The translations under genes were made by a program, and so were the position numbers. Below, piece after piece: positions 57,954 through 64,000 of a stretch of DNA of 64,000 nt; position 1 is the first letter of the stretch, and the number at the start of each line of letters is the position of its first letter. A model generated the notes under the pieces. It was given only the letters and a program-made list of their open reading frames with translations. It did no database searches and was not told the origin of the DNA. Origin of the DNA: Dehalococcoidia bacterium (GTDB taxonomy: Bacteria > Chloroflexota > Dehalococcoidia > Lucifugimonadales > Australimonadaceae); contig OZ220670.1 in the NCBI GenBank assembly GCA_965116255.1, positions 522,293 through 586,292 on the forward strand. The letters run 5' to 3'.

Positions 57954-60614
57954 CTAGGCCGCCGCACCGTGGCAGCGTTTGAACTTCCTACCGCTACCGC
58001 ACCAGCAGGGTTCGTTCCGTCCGAGCTTCTTCGTCTGGGTAGGCGTGGCGTTGGGATTGCCGGCAACTTGGGAGAGAATCGTCTCGGGCCCGGCAGTCGC
58101 AACGCGTGCGGCGCCCCTGCCTACTCGAACGCCCGCGGACTTGCCGTTGGAGGCGCGCTGCAGCGACACATGACCGGCGGGAGCCACGCGGAAGACGGTA
58201 TGCACGATGTCGTGCCGGATGCGCTCGCGCAGGACGTCGAACAACTCGTGGCCCTGCTTCTTGTACATGACCAAGGGGTCGCGCTGGCCATACGCGTACA
58301 GGCCGATGCCCTGGCGCAGGTTGGACATCTGGGTGAGGTGCTGCACCCACAAGCGATCGGTTGTTTGGAGCAGAACGACGCGTTCTAGTGCACGCATTGT
58401 CTCTGGACCGAACTCTTCTTCTCGACGAGCGTACTCCTGGTCGGCGAGGTCGAGGAGCGCCTCTTCTGTCTCGGCCGCACTGTGACCGAAGATGAACTCG
58501 GCGTCGAGCCAATCGGGCAGAGGTAGGACTACGCCCATCTGTGCAAGCAGCATGTCGGCGTCCCAATCGTTCGGGTCGCCAGCCAGATGGGTGCGGATGA
58601 GAGCTTGTGTCTGGGAGGCAAGCATCTCTTGGATATTGGCCTTGACATCGCCTCCATCGAGAACCTTCTTGCGCTCGGCATAGATGACGGCACGCTGAGT
58701 GTTGACCACGTCATCGTATTCGACGAGGTGCTTGCGGATGTCGAAGTAGCGCGCCTCGACCTTGGACTGTGTCATCTCCATCGTCCGCGTGAGAAGGCCG
58801 CTTTCAAGAGGGGTATCGTCGGGCAACGCTGCGGTGACGAGGCGTCCGGTTGCCCCATCGCCGAAGTGCTTGATGAGGTCGTCTTCGAGCGAGCCGTAGA
58901 AGCGCGTTGCACCGGGGTCGCCCTGGCGGCCTGAGCGCCCGCGCAACTGGTTGTCGATGCGGCGTGATTCATGACGTTCCGTGCCGATGACATACAGTCC
59001 GCCAAGGTCAAGGACACGCTGGTGGGCGTCGCTCCACTCACTCTCGGAGTCATAGGATGCAGGCGCGCCACCTAGGATTATGTCGGTGCCGCGCCCGGCC
59101 ATATTGGTGGAGACGGTAACGGCACCAGGCTGTCCGGCTTGAGCGACGATTTGCGCCTCGCGCTCGTGGTTCTTGGCGTTCAATACCTGATGGGAGATGC
59201 CACGCCGCCGCAGCGCTTCGCTAAGCGCTTCCGACTTCTCGATGGACGCGGTGCCGACGAGGATGGGGCGTTCGGCATCGTGCTGCTCCACTATGTCATG
59301 GAGCACCGCATCGAACTTGGCATGCTCTGTCTTGAATATCAGGTCGGCATAGTCCTCCCTGACGACGGGCATGTTGGTTGGGATGGCAATGACATCCAGC
59401 TGGTAGACCTTGTAGAACTCCTCCGCCTCGGTAATGGCTGTTCCGGTCATGCCCGCCAGCTTCCGGTACATACGGAAGTAGTTCTGAAGGGTAATAGTGG
59501 CGTACGTGATGGTCGCACGCTGGACCTCGACACGTTCCTTGGCCTCCAGCGCTTGGTGCAGGCCGTCGGCGTAACGTCGGCCCGGCATGAGGCGGCCAGT
59601 GAACTCGTCGACGATGATGACCTCGCCGCTTTGCACCACATAGTCGCGGTCGCGGAGGTAGGCGAATTCGGCGCGTAGTGCGTTCTCGACGAAGTGCGTG
59701 AGCTCATAGTTGGCGGGGTCGTACAGGTTGTCGACATTGAGCATTCGCTCGACCTTTTCGATGCCTTGCTCGGTCAAGACGACCTGGCGGTCTTTGTATT
59801 CGATCTTGAAGTCAGCACCCTCGTTGAGGCGTGGAGCGAACGCGGCATACCTCTTGTAGTCGGAGGTGGACTCCTGCGCGGGGCCGGAGATGATGAGAGG
59901 CGTGCGGGCCTCGTCGATGAGGATGTTGTCCACTTCGTCAACGATGGCGTAGGCCAACTCGCGCTGTACCTGCCGGTCAAGGCCCCCTGCCATGTTGTCG
60001 CGCAGGTAGTCGAAACCAAACTCGTTGTTGGTGCCATAGGTGATGTCAGCGGCATAGGCTTCGTTTCGCGCGACGGGGCGCATCTCCTCAAGAGTGCTAC
60101 CATCCGTCGGCGCGTCGGGCTCATAGAGGTAGGATGACTCGTGCTGAAGACAACCAACGCTCAAGTCCAATGCGTGATAGACCGCGCCCATCCACCGGGC
60201 ATCGCGGCGGGCGAGGTAGTCGTTGACGGTGACGAGATGCGCTCCGTTGCCGCTCAGCGCGTTCAGGTAGAGCGGGAGGGTTGCGACCAGCGTCTTGCCT
60301 TCCCCCGTCTTCATCTCGGCAACCTTGCCTTGGTGGAGGACAAGCCCGCCGATGAGCTGAACGTCGAAGTGGCGCATGTTCAGTTGGCGCTTGGCCGCTT
60401 CGCGGACAGCGGCAAACGCCTCAGGCGCCAGATCACCGAGCGACTCGCCCCTGCCGAAGCGGTCGCGGAACTCACCCGTCTTGGCGCGAAGAGCGTCGTC
60501 GGATAGGGCGGCGAACTGCGGCTCAAGGCCATTGACCCGGTCGACGATCCAACCCAAGCGCTTCACCGCCTTCTCGTTGGAGTCGCCGAATACCTTAAAC
60601 AGTTTGTTGACCAT
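57954..60614 (-). CDS. secA: preprotein translocase ATPase SecA
   Basis: MVNKLFKVFGDSNEKAVKRL N-terminus, Walker A MKTGEGKT, DEVDNILIDEARTPLIISG, and a C-terminal zinc motif CWCGSGRKFKRCHG. ATG 60614 is chosen; the 43 upstream codons of the ORF track are not SecA-like. Confidence 0.95.
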   Translation of the reverse strand: MVNKLFKVFGDSNEKAVKRLGWIVDRVNGLEPQFAALSDDALRAKTGEFRDRFGRGESLGDLAPEAFAAVREAAKRQLNMRHFDVQLIGGLVLHQGKVAEMKTGEGKTLVATLPLYLNALSGNGAHLVTVNDYLARRDARWMGAVYHALDLSVGCLQHESSYLYEPDAPTDGSTLEEMRPVARNEAYAADITYGTNNEFGFDYLRDNMAGGLDRQVQRELAYAIVDEVDNILIDEARTPLIISGPAQESTSDYKRYAAFAPRLNEGADFKIEYKDRQVVLTEQGIEKVERMLNVDNLYDPANYELTHFVENALRAEFAYLRDRDYVVQSGEVIIVDEFTGRLMPGRRYADGLHQALEAKERVEVQRATITYATITLQNYFRMYRKLAGMTGTAITEAEEFYKVYQLDVIAIPTNMPVVREDYADLIFKTEHAKFDAVLHDIVEQHDAERPILVGTASIEKSEALSEALRRRGISHQVLNAKNHEREAQIVAQAGQPGAVTVSTNMAGRGTDIILGGAPASYDSESEWSDAHQRVLDLGGLYVIGTERHESRRIDNQLRGRSGRQGDPGATRFYGSLEDDLIKHFGDGATGRLVTAALPDDTPLESGLLTRTMEMTQSKVEARYFDIRKHLVEYDDVVNTQRAVIYAERKKVLDGGDVKANIQEMLASQTQALIRTHLAGDPNDWDADMLLAQMGVVLPLPDWLDAEFIFGHSAAETEEALLDLADQEYARREEEFGPETMRALERVVLLQTTDRLWVQHLTQMSNLRQGIGLYAYGQRDPLVMYKKQGHELFDVLRERIRHDIVHTVFRVAPAGHVSLQRASNGKSAGVRVGRGAARVATAGPETILSQVAGNPNATPTQTKKLGRNEPCWCGSGRKFKRCHGAAA

Positions 60615-60682
60615 CCCCCTGATTGTACCAGTCGCTGAGGCGCTTCTCAGGCTGGTAGCGTAGGCTAGTATGCGAAGTGGGT

Positions 60683-61768
60683 ATGGCTGACGAACCGGAC
60701 AAAGCCTCCACCTACGCCCAAGCAGGGGTGGACGACGCCGCACAGGGGCTGGCGGCGCTAGTGGTTCACGTGCGCGAAACGCGGTCCAACCGCGAGGGGC
60801 CTGGCGCTATGACCGCAGGCGACGGCTTCTTCGCCGCCATCCTGCGGCTCAGCGACCGCCTGTCGCTCGCGGTATCGACAGACGGCGTCGGCAGCAAGTC
60901 AATGGTCGCGCAGGCAACGGGGCATTACGAGCCCATCGGCTGGGATGCTGTGGCCGTCAACGTCAACGACGTGGTTTGCACGGGAGCAACGCCCGTCGCC
61001 TTGCTGGACTACATCAGCCTGCAGGAGCCGCATCCCGCTCTGCTCGATGCGCTCGGGGTCGGGATGCGCAAGGCGGCGGAACGCGCACGCGTCGCCATCG
61101 TAGGCGGCGAGCTATCGCAACACCCCGATTCGCTCACCGGACCTCGGCCGGGCTGGGCTTTCGACGTATCGGCAACCTGTATCGGGCTGCTGCAGGACGC
61201 CGAGCCTCTACTCGGCGCGGACGTACGCCCGGGCGACATCGTGCTCGGTCTGCCAAGCAACGGCATACACGCCAACGGGCTGACCCTCGCGCGGCACGTG
61301 CTGCTCGGGGACGGTGGCTCGCTGGGTTTCCCCCTGCCAGGGTGCGAAGCGGCCGGCGTCGAACTGCTGCGGCCTACGCACATCTACGTCCCTGAGGCGC
61401 TAGCGCTGCTGGAGGCAGGTGTGCCCGTACACGGGCTAGCGCACATCAGCGGCGACGGGCTGCTCAATCTGGCGCGGCTGGAAGCAGACGTTGGCTACCG
61501 GCTCGACAGCCTTCCACCTGTGCAACCGATATTCGAGGCAATCCGCGAGTTGGGGAATGTCGAGGCGGCGGAGATGTTTCGCGTCTTCAACATGGGGGTG
61601 GGATTCTGCGTCGTCGTGCCGCGCGACGCCGTCGACGGCGCGCTGTCGGCGATTGCCGGGGCAGGCGGCGAGGCGCAGCCCATCGGCGCAGTCGTCGACG
61701 GCCCACGGCGCATCGAGGTGACGCAATACCACCTCGTTGGCACGGACGGCGCGTTCACCGAGCTCTAG
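60683..61768 (+). CDS. purM: phosphoribosylformylglycinamidine cyclo-ligase (AIR synthetase)
   Basis: YAQAGVD, DGVGSK, and the PurM N/C domain pattern (GGELSQHP, PSNGIHANGLTLAR). ATG 60683; GTG 60677 is an alternative. Confidence 0.88.
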   Translation: MADEPDKASTYAQAGVDDAAQGLAALVVHVRETRSNREGPGAMTAGDGFFAAILRLSDRLSLAVSTDGVGSKSMVAQATGHYEPIGWDAVAVNVNDVVCTGATPVALLDYISLQEPHPALLDALGVGMRKAAERARVAIVGGELSQHPDSLTGPRPGWAFDVSATCIGLLQDAEPLLGADVRPGDIVLGLPSNGIHANGLTLARHVLLGDGGSLGFPLPGCEAAGVELLRPTHIYVPEALALLEAGVPVHGLAHISGDGLLNLARLEADVGYRLDSLPPVQPIFEAIRELGNVEAAEMFRVFNMGVGFCVVVPRDAVDGALSAIAGAGGEAQPIGAVVDGPRRIEVTQYHLVGTDGAFTEL

Positions 61769-63000
61769 CCGTTCGCCAGTTCGAGCAATGTGCGGAGAAG
61801 GACGTCGCAGCCTGCGGCCGCATCCTCTTTCGTCGCCTCCTCCAGCTCGTTGTGGGAGAGGCCACCAGTGCAAGGAATGAAGATCATCGCGGAAGGGGCA
61901 ACCCGAGCCAGATAGCAGGCGTCATGGCCGGCGCCCGATACGACGTCCATGGTGTCGTAGCCCGCCGCAGCCGCGCTCCGCGCCACGGCGGCTCGGATGT
62001 TGGCATCAAAGGGCTCCGCTGGGGAGTAGACGATCTCACGCAAGTCGAGTTCGAGCCCGTGCTCGCGCGCGGCACCGGCGGCGTACTCGCGAAAGTCAGC
62101 GGCCATGTTCGCCAGAACGGCGTTATCCGGGTGGCGCAGGTCGACCGTGAAGAAGACATGGCCCGGGATAGTATTGCGCGAGCCCGGCGAGACGCGCATG
62201 GCGCCGACGGTGGAGCGCCCATCGGGGACGGAGTTGCCAATTCGGTTGATCTCGGTAATGAACTGAGCCGCGCCGACCAGGGCATCGCGGCGGCGGTCCA
62301 TCGGTGTGGTGCCCGCGTGGGCATCTTGGCCGGTCAGCGAGACCTCATACCAGCGCCGTGCTTGTGCGCCACTGACGAGGCCAATGGTCCTCCCCTCTGC
62401 TTCAAGGATTGGCCCCTGCTCGATGTGCACCTCGACGAATGCGTGGAGGTCGTGGCTGAGAGACCCATCGCCGTCATAGCCGATGCGGCGCAGCTCGTCG
62501 CCGAAGGTCGCACCGTCGGCGTCCTCGAGGCTGAGGCCATAGTCGAGGTCGAATACACCGGCGAAAACGCCGGAGCCGACCATCGGCGGCGCGAAGCGCG
62601 CGCCCTCTTCATTCGTCCACGAGACCACCTCGATGGGGCGCTTGGTCTGCAGGCCCTGTTCGTGGAGGACGCGAAGTACCTCGAGCCCGCACATGACCCC
62701 GAGGGGGCCGTCGAACTTACCGCCGGTGGGTTGCGTGTCAAGATGGCTGCCCGTAGCAACGGGCGCTAGCGAATCGTCAGTGCCCGGGCGGCGAGCAAAT
62801 ATGTTGCCTACCGGATCGATGGTGACGGTACAACCAACCTCTTGCGCCCACTTGATGAAGAGGTCGCGGCCCTCCTTGTCCTCGTCCGTAAGCGCAAGCC
62901 GCTTGCATCCGCCTCTGGGGGTGCCCCCAATCTGGGCGAGCTCCATCAGGCTGGCCCATAGGCGCTCTTGGTTCACACGAAGTGGTGTAGTCAGCGTCAT
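61765..63000 (-). CDS. M20 family Zn-dependent amidohydrolase (allantoate amidohydrolase / N-carbamoyl-L-amino-acid hydrolase type)
   Basis: GSHLDTQPTGGKFDGPLGV, NEEGARF, and C-terminal SGAGHDA motifs of the AmaB/AllC-type hydrolases. Confidence 0.85.
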   Translation of the reverse strand: MTLTTPLRVNQERLWASLMELAQIGGTPRGGCKRLALTDEDKEGRDLFIKWAQEVGCTVTIDPVGNIFARRPGTDDSLAPVATGSHLDTQPTGGKFDGPLGVMCGLEVLRVLHEQGLQTKRPIEVVSWTNEEGARFAPPMVGSGVFAGVFDLDYGLSLEDADGATFGDELRRIGYDGDGSLSHDLHAFVEVHIEQGPILEAEGRTIGLVSGAQARRWYEVSLTGQDAHAGTTPMDRRRDALVGAAQFITEINRIGNSVPDGRSTVGAMRVSPGSRNTIPGHVFFTVDLRHPDNAVLANMAADFREYAAGAAREHGLELDLREIVYSPAEPFDANIRAAVARSAAAAGYDTMDVVSGAGHDACYLARVAPSAMIFIPCTGGLSHNELEEATKEDAAAGCDVLLRTLLELANG

Positions 63001-63104
63001 AGTCGCCTCCGGCGGGTATTGTAGCCTACTGCGGGCCCTTACTCACTGCTTTCCCTCGTCTATACTGTGCAGTGCGGCAGCGAACGCCTGAAGGAGCGCA
63101 GCAC

Positions 63105-64000
63105 ATGCCCTTCTACGAAGAGTTGAAGGTCTTCTCCGGCAACGCCAACAAGGCGCTGGCGGAGGAGGTGTGCAGCTATTTGCACATCCCTCTGGGTGCC
63201 ATGGAGGTGTTTAAGTTCGACAATGACAACACCTTCGTGAAGATATTGGAGAACGTGCGGCAGCGGGACGTGTTTCTCATCCAGTCGTTCTCATACCCCG
63301 TCAACGACAGCGTGATGGAGATGCTCATCATGATCGATGCGGCCAAGCGGGCATCGGCAGGCCGCATCACTGCAGTCATTCCATACTTTGGCTACGGTCG
63401 AACCGATAAGAAGGACCAACCCCGCGTGCCGATTACCGCGCGGCTCATCGCCGACCTCATCTCCACCGCAGGCGCCGACCGCGTCCTGACCGTTGACCTC
63501 CACGCCGGGCAGATACAGGGCTTCTTCAATATTCCGGTCGACGAGCTGACGGCCATGCCGCTGCACGCGGGCTACTGGATTGAGAAGGATCCGCCTCATC
63601 CAGTGATAGCCGCCGTGGACGTGGGCGGTACCAAGCGAGCGCGCGACCTCGCCGAGCGCATGTCCGCGCCCCTAGCCATCGTCGAAAAGCGCCGCATCGG
63701 CAACGACGGGACGTCAGAGCAACTGAACATCATCGGCGATGTGGCAGGGCGCACCGCAATACTGATAGACGATGAGATTGACACCGGCGGGTCCATGGTC
63801 GGCTCCGCTGCGGCGTTGCTGGAGGCAGGCGCGCTCAAGGTGTACGCGTCGGCGACGCACGGGGTGCTGTCGGGCAATGCACCGGAGCGGATTCGCTCGG
63901 GCTCTCTCGAAGAATTGGTGTTGACCGACTCCGTTCCCGTGCCCCCGGAGAAGCGCAATGGGAAGGTACAAGTCGTGTCCATCGCCGGCATCTTGGGCGA
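63105..64000 (+). CDS. prs: ribose-phosphate pyrophosphokinase (3' end beyond window)
   Basis: AAGGAG SD at 63091-63096. LKVFSGNANKALAEEV, DLHAGQIQGFF, and the PRPP-binding loop ILIDDEIDTGGS. The frame is open to the window edge, which is why it is absent from the ORF track. Confidence 0.92.
   Translation, partial: MPFYEELKVFSGNANKALAEEVCSYLHIPLGAMEVFKFDNDNTFVKILENVRQRDVFLIQSFSYPVNDSVMEMLIMIDAAKRASAGRITAVIPYFGYGRTDKKDQPRVPITARLIADLISTAGADRVLTVDLHAGQIQGFFNIPVDELTAMPLHAGYWIEKDPPHPVIAAVDVGGTKRARDLAERMSAPLAIVEKRRIGNDGTSEQLNIIGDVAGRTAILIDDEIDTGGSMVGSAAALLEAGALKVYASATHGVLSGNAPERIRSGSLEELVLTDSVPVPPEKRNGKVQVVSIAGILG

Noticed and set aside
60615-60743. 43-codon N-terminal extension of the secA ORF, with similar upstream extensions of glmU (to 29018), the fourth hydrolase (to 17668), the Rieske protein (to 6617) and aroQ (to 32682)
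   Set aside because: The extensions are Arg/Pro-rich and non-conserved in character, and they overlap neighbouring genes or promoters. The conserved family N-termini begin at the internal starts, which have SDs or -10 elements.

Overview
GC-rich bacterial chromosomal segment, densely packed and mostly housekeeping. I call about 60 protein-coding genes, 3 tRNAs that all encode their 3' CCA (Arg-CCG, Ser-CGA, Ser-GGA), one multiply frameshifted pseudogene, one short tandem duplication and a few promoter or terminator candidates. I found no rRNA, CRISPR array, transposase, phage block or recognisable defence system. The core genes fall into four groups. Central metabolism: icd, mdh, and a non-classical type-E succinate dehydrogenase (sdhA, sdhB, HdrB-like CCG subunit). 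Proteostasis and secretion: tig-clpP-clpX and secA. Information processing: topA, xerC-like, xseAB, efp, aspS and valS. Biosynthesis: glmU, aroQ, folD, acpS, nnr, coaX, coaBC, purM, prs and a pccB-like carboxyltransferase. Many long ORFs in the six-frame track are antisense or alternate-frame artefacts of the high GC content and are rejected. Six things deserve a second look. (1) A canonical ftsZ carries a ~146-codon N-terminal extension with an XRE/RodZ-like HTH, and its start lies 3 nt after the stop of a divergent ECF-like sigma gene, outside any dcw context. (2) An unexplained, hairpin-rich 658-bp non-coding gap sits between convergent genes at 13143-13800. (3) Next to it is an array of four paralogous C-C-bond (MCP/BphD-like) alpha/beta hydrolases with an embedded 71-codon ORF and an orphan Cas4-like PD-(D/E)XK nuclease. 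Together these wedge between the icd-mdh and sdh gene groups. (4) A short collagen-like (16 GXY triplets) putative lipoprotein. (5) A perfect 27-bp tandem duplication abuts the glmU start. (6) A decayed endonuclease/exonuclease/phosphatase (EEP) gene has at least 4 frameshifts and a G8 tract. All functional calls rest on motif recognition by eye; no database search was run. The lineage cannot be established from this window. Type-E SDH and a possible leaderless promoter would fit a Chloroflexota-like or other GC-rich lineage, but that is a weak inference.
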